Positions 14,101-28,600 of a stretch of DNA of 64,000 nucleotides are shown here, piece by piece. Below the pieces are notes generated by a model, which was given only the letters and a program-made list of their open reading frames with translations, had not been told where the DNA came from and ran no database searches. The position numbers and the translations under genes are program-made. The DNA lies in contig CAXKVF010000079.1 of NCBI GenBank assembly GCA_964057225.1, forward strand, positions 124,001-188,000, written 5' to 3'. Source of the DNA: Auanema rhodensis (taxonomy: Eukaryota; Animalia; Nematoda). Within the stretch, counting starts at the first letter, position 1. Each line of letters begins with the position of its first letter.

Positions 14101-17100
14101 TCATGCTAATTAAATGTACACGTGATGTGCACTTGGTATGTAACTCGCTTCACGTAAAAGATAAAGAGATGCGGTTTTCAAAATTAGATTCCCCATGTCC
14201 ATATTAGTCTAAAAACAAATTTTTATTGATATTGGTGCATGGTAACCATGACTTTGAAATTTACGTGAACTTTAATTCATGCTAATTAAATGTACACGTG
14301 ATGTGCACTTGGTATGTAACTCGCTTCACGTGAAAGATAAAGAGTTGCGGTTTTCAAAATTATATTCCCCATGTCCATATTAGTCTAAAAACAAATTTTT
14401 ATTGATATTGGTTCATGGTAACCATATCTTTGAAATTTACGTGAACTTTAATTTATGCTAATTAAATGTACACGTGATGTGCACTTGGTATGTAACTCGC
14501 TTCACGTGAAAGATAAAGAGATGCGGTTTTCAAAATTAGATTCCCCATGTCCATATTAGTCTAAAAACAAATTTTTATTGATATTGGTGCATGGTAACCA
14601 TGACTTTGAAATTTACGTGAACTTTAATTCATGCTAATTAAATGTACACGTGATGTGCACTTGGTATGTAACTCGCTTCACGTAAAAGATAAAGAGATGC
14701 GGTTTTCAAAATTAGATTCCCCATGTCCATATTAGTCTAAAAACAAATTTTTATTGATATTGGTGCATGGTAACCATGACTTTGAAATTTACGTGAACTT
14801 TAATTCATGCTAATTAAATGTACACGTGATGTGCACTTGGTATGTAACTCGCTTCACGTGAAAGATAAAGAGATGCGGTTTTCAAAATTATATTCCCCAT
14901 GTCCATATTAGTCTAAAAACAAATTTTTATTGATATTGGTTCATGGTAACCATGTCTTTGAAATTTACGTGAACTTTAATTTATGCTAATTAAATGTACA
15001 CGTGATGTGCACTTGGTATGTAACTCGCTTCATGTGAAAGATAAAGAGATGCGGTTTTCAAAATTAGATTCCCCATGTCCATATTAGTCTAAAAACAAAT
15101 TTTTATTGATATTGGTGCATGGTAACCATGACTTTGAAATTTACGTGAACTTTAATTTATGCTAATTAAATGTACACGTGATGTGCACTTGGTATGTAAC
15201 TCGCTTCACGTGAAAGATAAAGAGATGCGGTTTTCAAAATTAGATTCCCCATGTCCATATTAGTCTAAAAACAAATTTTTATTGATATTGGTGCATGGTA
15301 ACCATGACTTTGAAATTTACGTGAACTTTAATTTATGCTAATTAAATGTACACGTGATGTGCACTTGGTATGTAACTCGCTTCATGTGAAAGATAAAGAG
15401 ATGCGGTTTTCAAAATTAGATTCCCCATGTCCATATTAGTCTAAAAACAAATTTTTATTGATATTGGTGCATGGTAACCATGACTTTGAATTTTACGTGA
15501 ACTTTAATTTATGCTAATTAAATGTACACGTGATGTGCACTTGGTATGTAACTCGCTTCACGTGAAAGATAAAGAGATGCGGTTTTCAAAATTAGATTCC
15601 CCATGTCCATATTAGTCTAAAAACAAATTTTTATTGATATTGGTTCATGGTAACCATGTCTTTGAAATTTACGTGAACTTTAATTTATGCTAATTAAATG
15701 TACACGTGATGTGCACTTGGTATGTAACTCGCTTCATGTGAAAGATAAAGAGATGCGGTTTTTAAAATTAGATTCCCCATGTCCATATTAGTCTAAAAAC
15801 AAATTTTTATTGATATTGGTGCATGGTAACCATGACTTTGAAATTTACGTGAACTTTAATTTATGCTAATTAAATGTACACGTGATGTGCACTTGGTATG
15901 TAACTCGCTTCACGTGAAAGATAAAGAGATGCGGTTTTCAAAATTAGATTCCCCATGTCCATATTAGTCTAAAAACAAATTTTTATTGATATTGGTTCAT
16001 GGTAACCATGACTTTGAAATTTACGTGAACTTTAATTTATGCTAATTAAATGTACACGTGATGTGCACTTGGTATGTAACTCGCTTCACGTGAAAGATAA
16101 AGAGTTGCGGTTTTCAAAATTATATTCCCCATGTCCATATTAGTCTAAAAACAAATTTTTATTGATATTGGTGCATGGTAACCATGACTTTGAAATTTAC
16201 GTGAACTTTAATTTATGCTAATTAAATGTACACGTGATGTGCACTTGGTATGTAACTCGCTTCATGTGAAAGATAAAGAGATGCGGTTTTCAAAATTATA
16301 TTCCCCATGTCCATATTAGTCTAAAAACAAATTTTTATTGATATTGGTTCATGGTAACCATGTCTTTGAAATTTACGTGAACTTTAATTTATGCTAATTA
16401 AATGTACACGTGATGTGCACTTGGTATGTAACTCGCTTCACGTGAAAGATAAAGAGATGCGGTTTTCAAAATTAGATTCCCCATGTCCATATTAGTCTAA
16501 AAACAAATTTTTATTGATATTGGTTCATGGTAACCATGACTTTGAAATTTACGTGAACTTTAATTTATGCTAATTAAATGTACACGTGATGTGCACTTGG
16601 TATGTAACTCGCTTCACGTGAAAGATGAAGAGATGCGGTTTTCAAAATTAGATTCCCCATGTCCATATTAGTCTAAAAACAAATTTTTATTGATATTGGT
16701 GCATGGTAACCATGACTTTGAAATTTACGTGAACTTTAATTTATGCTAATTAAATGTACACGTGATGTGCACTTGGTATGTAACTCGCTTCACGTGAAAG
16801 ATAAAGAGATGCGGTTTTCAAAATTATATTCCCCATGTCCATATTAGTCTAAAAACAAATTTTTATTGATATTGGTGCATGGTAACCATGACTTTGAATT
16901 TTACGTGAACTTTAATTTATGCTAATTAAATGTACACGTGATGTGCACTTGGTATGTAACTCGCTTCACGTGAAAGATAAAGAGATGCGGTTTTCAAAAT
17001 TAGATTCCCCATGTCCATATTAGTCTAAAAACAAATTTTTATTGATATTGGTTCATGGTAACCATGTCTTTGAAATTTACGTGAACTTTAATTTATGCTA

Positions 17101-17400
17101 ATTAAATGTACACGTGATGTGCACTTGGTATGTAACTCGCTTCATGTGAAAGATAAAGAGATGCGGTTTTTAAAATTAGATTTCCCATGTCCATATTAGT
17201 CTAAAAACAAATTTTTATTGATATTGGTGCATGGTAACCATGACTTTGAAATTTACGTGAACTTTAATTTATGCTAATTAAATGTACACGTGATGTGCAC
17301 TTGGTATGTAACTCGCTTCACGTGAAAGATAAAGAGATGCGGTTTTCAAAATTAGATTCCCCATGTCCATATTAGTCTAAAAACAAATTTTTATTGATAT
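7745..17400. repeat. 23-monomer (4048-bp) higher-order unit, two copies plus a partial third; first copy enlarged to 29 monomers by an internal 6-mer duplication
   Basis: Offset 5104 is seen before the insert (7747/12851, 8361/13465, 9241/14345). Offset 4048 is seen after it (11443/15491, GATGAAG 12579/16627, 12851/16899). Confidence 0.85.
8530..10715. repeat. 6-monomer (1056-bp) tandem duplication nested in the 23-mer
   Basis: TATATTCACCATG occurs at 9264 and 10320. The corresponding monomer of the second 23-mer copy (~14368) has CCCC. Confidence 0.82.
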
Positions 17401-20400
17401 TGGTTCATGGTAACCATGTCTTTGAAATTTACGTGAACTTTAATTTATGCTAATCAAATGTACACGTGATGTGAACTTGGTATGTAACTCGCTTCACGTG
17501 AAAGATAAAGAGATGCGGTTTTCAAAATTAGATTCCCCATGTCCATATTAGTCTAAAAACAAATTTTTATTGATATTGGTGCATGGTAACCATGACTTTG
17601 AAATTTACGTGAACTTTAATTTATGCTAATTAAATGTACACGTGATGTGCACTTGGTATGTAACTCGCTTCACGTGAAAGATGAAGAGATGCGGTTTTCA
17701 AAATTAGATTCCCCATGTCCATATTAGTCTAAAAACAAATTTTTATTGATCTTGGTGCATGGTAACCATGACTTTGAAATTTACGTGAACTTTAATTCAT
17801 GCTAATTAAATGTACACGTGATGTGCACTTGGTATGTAACTCGCTTCACGTAAAAGATAAAGAGATGCGGTTTTCAAAATTAGATTCCCCATGTCCATAT
17901 TAGTCTAAAAACAAATTTTTATTGATATTGGTGCATGGTAACCATGACTTTGAAATTTACGTGAACTTTAATTCATGCTAATTAAATGTACACGTGATGT
18001 GCACTTGGTATGTAACTCGCTTCACGTGAAAGATAAAGAGATGCGGTTTTCAAAATTATATTCCCCATGTCCATATTAGTCTAAAAACAAATTTTTATTG
18101 ATATTGGTTCATGGTAACCATGTCTTTGAAATTTACGTGAACTTTAATTTATGCTAATTAAATGTACACGTGATGTGCACTTGGTATGTAACTCGCTTCA
18201 CGTGAAAGATAAAGAGATGCGGTTTTCAAAATTAGATTCCCCATGTCCATATTAGTCTAAAAACAAATTTTTATTGATATTGGTGCATGGTAACCATGAC
18301 TTTGAATTTTACGTGAACTTTAATTTATGCTAATTAAATGTACACGTGATGTGCACTTGGTATGTAACTCGCTTCACGTGAAAGATAAAGAGATGCGGTT
18401 TTTAAAATTAGATTCCCCATGTCCATATTAGTCTAAAAACAAATTTTTATTGATATTGGTTCATGGTAACCATGTCTTTGAAATTTACGTGAACTTTAAT
18501 TTATGCTAATTAAATGTACACGTGATGTGCACTTGGTATGTAACTCGCTTCATGTGAAAGATAAAGAGATGCGGTTTTTAAAATTAGATTTCCCATGTCC
18601 ATATTAGTCTAAAAACAAATTTTTATTGATATTGGTGCATGGTAACCATGACTTTGAAATTTACGTGAACTTTAATTTATGCTAATTAAATGTACACGTG
18701 ATGTGCACTTGGTATGTAACTCGCTTCACGTGAAAGATAAAGAGATGCGGTTTTCAAAATTAGATTCCCCATGTCCATATTAGTATAAAAACAAATTTTT
18801 ATTGATATTGGTTCATGGTAACCATGTCTTTGAAATTTACGTGAACTTTAATTTATGCTAATTAAATGTACACGTGATGTGCACTTGGTATGTAACTCGC
18901 TTCACGTGAAAGATAAAGAGATGCGGTTTTCAAAATTAGATTCCCCATGTCCATATTAGTCTAAAAACAAATTTTTATTGATATTGGTGCATGGTAACCA
19001 CGACTTTGAAATTTACGTGAACTTTAATTCATGCTAATTAAATGTACACGTGATGTGCACTTGGTATGTAACTCGCTTCACGTGAAAGATAAAGAGATGC
19101 GGTTTTCAAAATTAGATTCCCCATGTCCATATTAGTCTAAAAACAAATTTTTATTGATATTGGTTCATGGTAACCATGACTTTGAAATTTACGTGAACTT
19201 TAATTTATGCTAATTAAATGTACACGTGATGTGCACTTGGTATGTAACTCGCTTCACGTGAAAGATAAAGAGATGCGGTTTTCAAAATTAGATTCCCCAT
19301 GTCCATATTAGTCTAAAAACAAATTTTTATTGATATTGGTTCATGGTAACCATGACTTTGAAATTTACGTGAACTTTAATTTATGCTAATTAAATGTACG
19401 CGTGATGTGCACTTGGTATGTAACTCGCTTCACGTGAAAGATAAAGAGATGCGGTTTTCAAAATTAGATTCCCCATGTCCATATTAGTCTAAAAACAAAT
19501 TTTTATTGATATTGGTGCATGGTAACCACGACTTTGAAATTTACGTGAACTTTAATTCATGCTAATTAAATGTACACGTGATGTGCACTTGGTATGTAAC
19601 TCGCTTCACGTAAAACATAAAGAGATGCGGTTTTCAAAATTAGATTCCCCATGTTCATATTAGTCTAAAAACAAATTTTTATTGATATTGGTTCGTGGTA
19701 ACCATGTCTTTGAAATTTACGTGAACTTTAATTTATGCTAATTAAATGTACACGTGATGTGCACTTGGTATGTAACTCGCTTCACGTAAAAGATAAAGAG
19801 ATGCGGTTTCCAAAATTAGATTCCCCATGTCCATATTAGTCTAAAAACAAATTTTTATTGATATTGGTGCATGGTAACCATGACTTTGAAATTTACGTGA
19901 ACTTCAATTTATGCTAATTAAATGTACACGTGATGTGCACTTGGTATGTAACTCGCTTCACGTGAAAGATAAAGAGATGCGGTTTTCAAAATTAGATTCC
20001 CCATGTCCATATTAGTCTAAAAACAAATTTTTATTGATATTGGTGCATGGTAACCACGACTTTGAAATTTACGTGAACTTTAATTCATGCTAATTAAATG
20101 TACACGTGATGTGCACTTGGTATGTAACTCGCTTCACGTGAAAGATAAAGAGATGCGGTTTTCAAAATTAGATTCCCCATGTCCATATTAGTCTAAAAAC
20201 AAATTTTTATTGATATTGGTTCATGGTAACCATGACTTTGAAATTTACGTGAACTTTAATTTATGCTAATTAAATGTACACGTGGTGTGCACTTGGTATG
20301 TAACTCGCTTCACGTGAAACATAAAGAGATGCGGTTTTCAAAATTAGATTCCCCATGTCCATATTAGTCTAAAAACAAATTTTTATTGATATTGGTTCAT

Positions 20401-21299
20401 GGTAACCATGACTTTGAAATTTACGTGAACTTTAATTTATGCTAATTAAATGTACACGTGATGTGCACTTGGTATGTAACTCGCTTCACGTGAAAGATAA
20501 AGAGATGCGGTTTTCAAAATTAGATTCCCCATGTCCATATTAGTCTAAAAACAAATTTTTATTGATATTGGTTCATGGTAACCATGTCTTTGAAATTTAC
20601 GTGAACTTTAATTTATGCTAATTAAATGTACACGTGATGTGCACTTGGTATGTAACTCGCTTCACGTGAAAGATAAAGAGATGCGGTTCTCAAAATTAGA
20701 TTCCCCATGACCATATTAGTCTAAAAACAAATTTTTATTGATATTGGTTCATGGTAACCATGTCTTTGAAATTTACGTGAACTTTAATTTATGCTAATTA
20801 AATGTACACGTGATGTGCACTTGGTATGTAACTCGCTTCACGTGAAAGATAAAGAGATGCGGTTTTCAAAATTAGATTCCCCATGCCCATATTAGTCTAA
20901 AAACAAATTTTTATTGATATTGGTGCATGGTAACCTTGACTTTGAAATTTACGTGAACTTTAATTCATGCTAATTAAATGTACACGTGATGTGCACTTGG
21001 TATGTAACTCGCTTCACGTAAAAGATAAAGAGATGCGGTTTTCAAAAATAGATTCCCCATGTCCATATTAGTCTAAAAACAAATTTTTATTGATATTGGT
21101 GCATGGTAACCATGACTTTGAAATTTACGTGAACTTTAATTTATGCTAATTAAATGTACACGTGATGTGCACTTGGTATGTAACTCGCTTCACGTGAAAG
21201 ATAAAGAGATGCGGTTTTCAAAATTAGATTCCCCATGTCCATATTAGTCTAAAAACAAATTTTTATTGATATTGGTTCATGGTAACCATGACTTTGAAA

Positions 21300-24200
21300 T
21301 TTACGTGAACTTTAATTTATGCTAATTAAATGTACACGTGATGTGCACTTGGTATGTAACTCGCTTCACGTGAAAGATAGAGAGATGCGGTTTTCAAAAT
21401 TAGATTCCCCATGTCCATATTAGTCTAAAAACAAATTTTTATTGATATTGGTGCATGGTAACCATGACTTTGAAATTTACGTGAACTTTAATTCATGCTA
21501 ATTAAATGTACACGTGATGTGCACTTGGTATGTAACTCGCTTCACGTGAAAGATAAAGGGATGCGGTTTTCAAAATTAGATTCCCCATGTCCATATTAGT
21601 CTAAAAACTAATTTTTATTGATATTGGTTCATGGTAACCATGTCTTTGAAATTTACGTGAACTTTAATTTATGCTAATTAAATGTACACGTGATGTGCAC
21701 TTGGTATGTAACTCGCTTCACGTGAAAGATAAAGAGATGCGGTTTTCAAAATTAGATTCCCCATGTCCATATTAGTCTAAAAACAAATTTTTATTGATAT
21801 TGGTGCATGGTAACCATGACTTTGAAATTTACGTGAACTTTAATTTATGCTAATTAAATGTACACGTGATGTGCACTTGGTATGTAACTCGCTTCACGTG
21901 AAAGATAAAGAGATGCGGTTTTCAAAATTAGATTCCCCTTGTTCATATTAGTCTAAAAACAAATTTTTATTGATATTGGTTCATGGTAACCATGACTTTG
22001 AAATTTACGTGAACTTTAATTTATGCTAATTAAATGTACACGTGATGTGCACTTGGTATGTAACTCGCTTCACGTGAAAGATAAAGAGATGCGGTTTTCA
22101 AAATTAGATTCCCCATGTCCATATTAGTCTAAAAACAAATTTTTATTGATATTGGTGCATGGTAACCATGACTTTGAAATTTACGTGAACTTTAATTTAT
22201 GCTAATTAAATGTACACGTGATGTGCACTTGGTATGTAACTCGCTTCACGTGAAAGATAAAGAGATGCGGTTTTCAAAATTAGATTCCTTATGTCCATAT
22301 TAGTCCAAAAACAAATTTTTATTGATATTGGTTCATGGTAACCATGACTTTGAAATTTACGTGAACTTTAATTTATGCTAATTAAATGTACACGTGATGT
22401 GCACTTGGTATGTAACTCGCTTCACGTGAAAGATAAAGAGATGCGGTTTTCAAAATTAGATTCCCCATGTCCATATTAGTCTAAAAACAAATTTTTATTG
22501 ATATTGGTTCATGGTAACCATGTCTTTGAAATTTACGTGAACTTTAATTTATGCTAATTAAATGTACACGTGATGTGCACTTGGTATGTAACTCGCTCCA
22601 CGTGAAAGATAAAGAGATGCGGTTTTCAAAATTAGATTCCCCATGTCCATATTAGTCTAAAAACAAATTTTTTTTGATATTGGTGCATGGTAACCATGAC
22701 TTTGAAATTTACGTGAACTTTAATTTATGCTAATTAAATGTACACGTGATGTGCTCTTGGTATGTAACTCGCTTCACGTGAAAGATAAAGAGATGCGGTT
22801 TACAAAATTAGATTCCCCATGTCCATATTAGTCTAAAAACAAATTTTTATTGATATTGGTGCATGGTAACCATGACTTTGAAATTTACGTGAACTTTAAT
22901 TTATGCTAATTAAATGTACACGTGGTGTGCACTTGGTATGTAACTCGCTTCACGTGAAAGATAAAGAGATGCGGTTTTCAAAATTAGATTCCCCATGTCC
23001 ATATTAGTTCAAAAACAAATTTTTATTGATATTGGTGCATGGTAACCATGACTTTGAAATTTACGTGAACTTTAATTTATGCTAATTAAATGTACACGTG
23101 ATGTGCACTTGGTATGTAACTCGCTTCACGTGAAAGATAAAGAGATGCGGTTTTCAAAATTAGATTCCCCATGTCCATATTAGTCTAAAAACAAATTTTT
23201 ATCGATATTGGTTCATGGTAACCATGACTTTGAAATTTACGTGAACTTTAATTTATGCTAATTAAATGTACACGTGATGTGCACTTGGTATGTAACTCGC
23301 TTCACGTGAAAGATAAAGGGATGCGGTTTTCAAAATTAGATTCCCCATGTCCATATTAGTCTAAAAACTAATTTTTATTGATATTGGTTCATGGTAACCA
23401 TGTCTTTGAAATTTACGTGAACTTTAATTTATGCTAATTAAATGTACACGTGATGTGCACTTGGTATGTAACTCGCTTCACGTGAAAGATAAAGAGATGC
23501 GGTTTTCAAAATTAGATTCCCCATGTCCATATTAGTCTAAAAACAAATTTTTATCGATATTGGTTCATGGTAACCATGACTTTGAAATTTACGTGAACTT
23601 TAATTTATGCTAATTAAATGTACACGTGATGTGCACTTGGTATGTAACTCGCTTCACGTGAAAGATAAAGGGATGCGGTTTTCAAAATTAGATTCCCCAT
23701 GTCCATATTAGTCTAAAAACTAATTTTTATTGATATTGGTTCATGGTAACCATGTCTTTGAAATTTACGTGAACTTTAATTTATGCTAATTAAATGTACA
23801 CGTGATGTGCACTTGGTATGTAACTCGCTTCACGTGAAAGATAAAGAGATGCGGTTTTCAAAATTAGATTCCCCATGTCCATATTAGTCTAAAAACAAAT
23901 TTTTATTGATATTGGTGCATGGTAACCATGACTTTGAAATTTACGTGAACTTTAATTTATGCTAATTAAATGTACACGTGATGTGCACTTGGTATGTAAC
24001 TCGCTTCACGTGAAAGATAAAGAGATGCGGTTTTCAAAATTAGATTCCCCTTGTCCATATTAGTCTAAAAACAAATTTTTATTGATATTGGTTCATGGTA
24101 ACCATGACTTTGAAATTTACGTGAACTTTAATTTATGCTAATTAAATGTACACGTGATGTGCACTTGGTATGTAACTCGCTTCACGTGAAAGATAAAGAG

Positions 24201-25600
24201 ATGCGGTTTTCAAAATTAGATTCCCCATGTCCATATTAGTCTAAAAACAAATTTTTATTGATATTGGTTCATGGTAACCATGACTTTGAAATTTACGTGA
24301 ACTTTAATTTATGCTAATTAAATGTACACGTGATGTGCACTTGGTATGTAACTCGCTTCACGTGAAAAATAAAGAGATGCGGTTTTCAAAATTAGATTCC
24401 TTATGTCCATATTAGTCCAAAAACAAATTTTTATTGATATTGGTTCATGGTAACCATGACTTTGAAATTTACGTGAACTTTAATTTATGCTAATTAAATG
24501 TACACGTGATGTGCACTTGGTATGTAACTCGCTTCACGTGAAAGATAAAGAGATGCGGTTTTCAAAATTAGATTCCCCATGTCCATATTAGTCTAAAAAC
24601 AAATTTTTATTGATATTGGTTCATGGTAACCATGTCTTTGAAATTTACGTGAACTTTAATTTATGCTAATTAAATGTACACGTGATGTGCACTTGGTATG
24701 TAACTCGCTCCACGTGAAAGATAAAGAGATGCGGTTTTCAAAATTAGATTCCCCATGTCCATATTAGTCTAAAAACAAATTTTTTTTGATATTGGTGCAT
24801 GGTAACCATGACTTTGAAATTTACGTGAACTTTAATTTATGCTAATTAAATGTACACGTGATGTGCACTTGGTATGTAACTCGCTTCACGTGAAAGATAA
24901 AGAGATGCGGTTTACAAAATTAGATTCCCCATGTCCATATTAGTCTAAAAACAAATTTTTATTGATATTGGTTCATGGTAACCATGACTTTGAAATTTAC
25001 GTGAACTTTAATTTATGCTAATTAAATGTACACGTGATGTGCACTTGGTATGTAACTCGCTTCACGTGAAAGATAAAGAGATGCGGTTTTCAAAATTAGA
25101 TTCCCCATGTCCATATTAGTTTAAAAACAAATTTTTATTGATATTGGTGCATGGTAACCATGACTTTGAAATTTACGTGAACTTTAATTTATGCTAATTA
25201 AATGTACACGTGATGTGCACTTGGTATGTAACTCGCTTCACGTGAAAGATAAAGAGATGCGGTTTTCAAAATTAGATTCCCCATGTCCATATTAGTCTAA
25301 AAACAATGTTTTATCGATATTGGTTCATGGTAACCATGACTTTGAAATTTACGTGAACTTTAATTTATGCTAATTAAATGTACACGTGATGTGCACTTGG
25401 TATGTAACTCGCTTCACGTGAAAGATAAAGGGATGCGGTTTTCAAAATTAGATTCCCCATGTCCATATTAGTCTAAAAACAAATTTTTATTGATATTGGT
25501 TCATGGTAACCATGTCTTTGAAATTTACGTGAACTTTAATTTATGCTAATTAAATGTACACGTGATGTGCACTTGGTATGTAACTCGCTTCACGTGAAAG
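21300..25600. repeat. ~10-monomer unit duplicated, with a nested 2-monomer duplication
   Basis: A87G (AAAGGGATG) occurs at 21559, 23319, 23671 and 25431 (spacings 1760, 352, 1760). CCTTATG..AGTCC at 22289/24401 and CGCTCCAC at 22598/24710 are 2112 apart. Confidence 0.78.
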
Positions 25601-28600
25601 ATAAAGAGATGCGGTTTTCAAAATTAGATTCCCCATGTCCATATTAGTCTAAAAACAAATTTTTATTGATATTGGTTCATGGTAACCATGTCTTTGAAAT
25701 TTACGTGAACTTTAATTTATGCTAATTAAATGTACACGTGATGTGCACTTGGTATGTAACTCGCTTCACGTGAAAGATAAAGAGATGCGGTTTTCAAAAT
25801 TAGATTCCCCATGTCCATATTAGTCTAAAAACAAATTTTTATTGATATTGGTTCATGGTAACCATGACTTTGAAATTTACGTGAACTTTAATTTATGCTA
25901 ATTAAATGTACACGTGATGTGTACTTGGTATGTAACTCGCTTCACGTGAAAGATAAAGAGATGCGGTTTTCAAAATTAGATTCCCCTTGTCCATATTAGT
26001 CTAAAAACAAATTTTTATTGATATTGGTTCATGGTAACCATGACTTTGAAATTTACGTGAACTTTAATTTATGCTAATTAAATGTACACGTGATGTGCAT
26101 TTGGTATGTAACTCGCTTCACGTGAAAGATAAAGAGATGCGGTTTTCAAAATTAGATTCCCCATGTCCATATTAGTCTAAAAACAAATTTTTATTGATAT
26201 TGGTTCATGGTAACCATGACTTTGAAATTTACGTGAACTTTAATTTATGCTAATTAAATGTACACGTGATGTGCACTTGGTATGTAACTCGCTTCACGTG
26301 AAAGATAAAGAGATGCGGTTTTCAAAATTAGATTCCCCATGTCCATATTAGTTTAAAAACAAATTTTTATTGATATTGGTGCATGGTAACCATGACTTTG
26401 AAATTTACGTGAACTTTAATTTATGCTAATTAAATGTACACGTGATGTGCACTTGGTATGTAACTCGCTTCACGTGAAAGATAAAGAGATGCGGTTTTCA
26501 AAATTAGATTCCCCATGTCCATATTAGTCTAAAAACAATGTTTTATCGATATTGGTTCATGGTAACCATGACTTTGAAATTTACGTGAACTTTAATTTAT
26601 GCTAATTAAATGTACACGTGATGTGCACTTGGTATGTAACTCGCTTCACGTGAAAGATAAAGGGATGCGGTTTTCAAAATTAGATTCCCCATGTCCATAT
26701 TAGTCTAAAAACAAATTTTTATTGATATTGGTTCATGGTAACCATGTCTTTGAAATTTACGTGAACTTTAATTTATGCTAATTAAATGTACACGTGATGT
26801 GCACTTGGTATGTAACTCGCTTCACGTGAAAGATAAAGAGATGCGGTTTTCAAAATTAGATTCCCCATGTCCATATTAGTCTAAAAACAAATTTTTATTG
26901 ATATTGGTTCATGGTAACCATGTCTTTGAAATTTACGTGAACTTTAATTTATGCTAATTAAATGTACACGTGATGTGCACTTGGTATGTAACTCGCTTCA
27001 CGTGAAAGATAAAGAGATGCGGTTTTCAAAATTAGATTCCCCATGTCCATATTAGTCTAAAAACAAATTTTTATTGATATTGGTTCATGGTAACCATGAC
27101 TTTGAAATTTACGTGAACTTTAATTTATGCTAATTAAATGTACACGTGATGTGTACTTGGTATGTAACTCGCTTCACGTGAAAGATAAAGAGATGCGGTT
27201 TTCAAAATTAGATTCCCCTTGTCCATATTAGTCTAAAAACAAATTTTTATTGATATTGGTTCATGGTAACCATGACTTTGAAATTTACGTGAACTTTAAT
27301 TTATGCTAATTAAATGTACACGTGATGTGCATTTGGTATGTAACTCGCTTCACGTGAAAGATAAAGAGATGCGGTTTTCAAAATTAGATTCCCCATGTCC
27401 ATATTAGTCTAAAAACAAATTTTTATTGATATTGGTGCATGGTAACCATGACTTTGAAATTTACGTGAACTTTAATTTATGCTAATTAAATGTACACGTG
27501 ATGTGCACTTGGTATGTAACTCGCTCCACGTGAAAGATAAAGAGATGCGGTTTTCAAAATTAAATTTCCCATGTCCATATTAGTCTAAAAACAAATTTTT
27601 TTTGATATTGGTGCATGGTAACCATGACTTTGAAATTTACGTGAACTTTAATTTATGCTAATTAAATGTACACGTGATGTGCACTTCGTATGTAACTCGC
27701 TTCACGTGAAAGATAAAGAGATGCGGTTTACAAAATTAGATTCCCCATGTCCATATTAGTCTAAAAACAAATTTTTATTGATATTGGTTCATGGTAACCA
27801 TGACTTTGAAATTTACGTGAACTTTAATTTATGCTGATTAAATGTACACGTGATGTGCACTTGGTATGTAACTCGCTTCACGTGAAAGATAAAGAGATGC
27901 GGTTTTCAAAATTAGATTCCCCATGTCCATATTAGTCTAAAAACAAATTTTTATTGATATTGGTGCATGGTAACCTTGACTTTGAAATTTACGTGAACTT
28001 TAATTCATGCTAATTAAATGTACACGTGATGTGCACTTGGTATGTAACTCGCTTCACGTAAAAGATAAAGAGATGCGGTTTTCAAAATTAGATTCCCCAT
28101 GTCCATATTAGTCTAAAAACAAATTTTTATTGATATTGGTGCATGGTAACCATGACTTTGAAATTTACGTGAACTTTAATTTATGCTAATTAAATGTACA
28201 CGTGATGTGCACTTGGTATGTAACTCGCTTCACGTGAAAGATAAAGAGATGCGGTTTTCAAAATTAGATTCCCCATGTCCATATTAGTCTAAAAATAAAT
28301 TTTTATTGATATTGGTTCATGGTAACCATGTCTTTGAAATTTACGTGAACTTTAATTTATGCTAATTAAATGTACACGTGATGTGCACTTGGTATGTAAC
28401 TCGCTTCACGTGAAAGATAAAGAGATGCGGTTTTCAAAATTAGATTCCCCATGTCCATATTAGTTTAAAAACAAATTTTTATTGATATTGGTGCATGGTA
28501 ACCATGACTTTGAAATTTACGTGAACTTTAATTTATGCTAATTAAATGTACACGTGATGTGCACTTGGTATGTAACTCGCTTCACGTGAAAGATAAAGAG

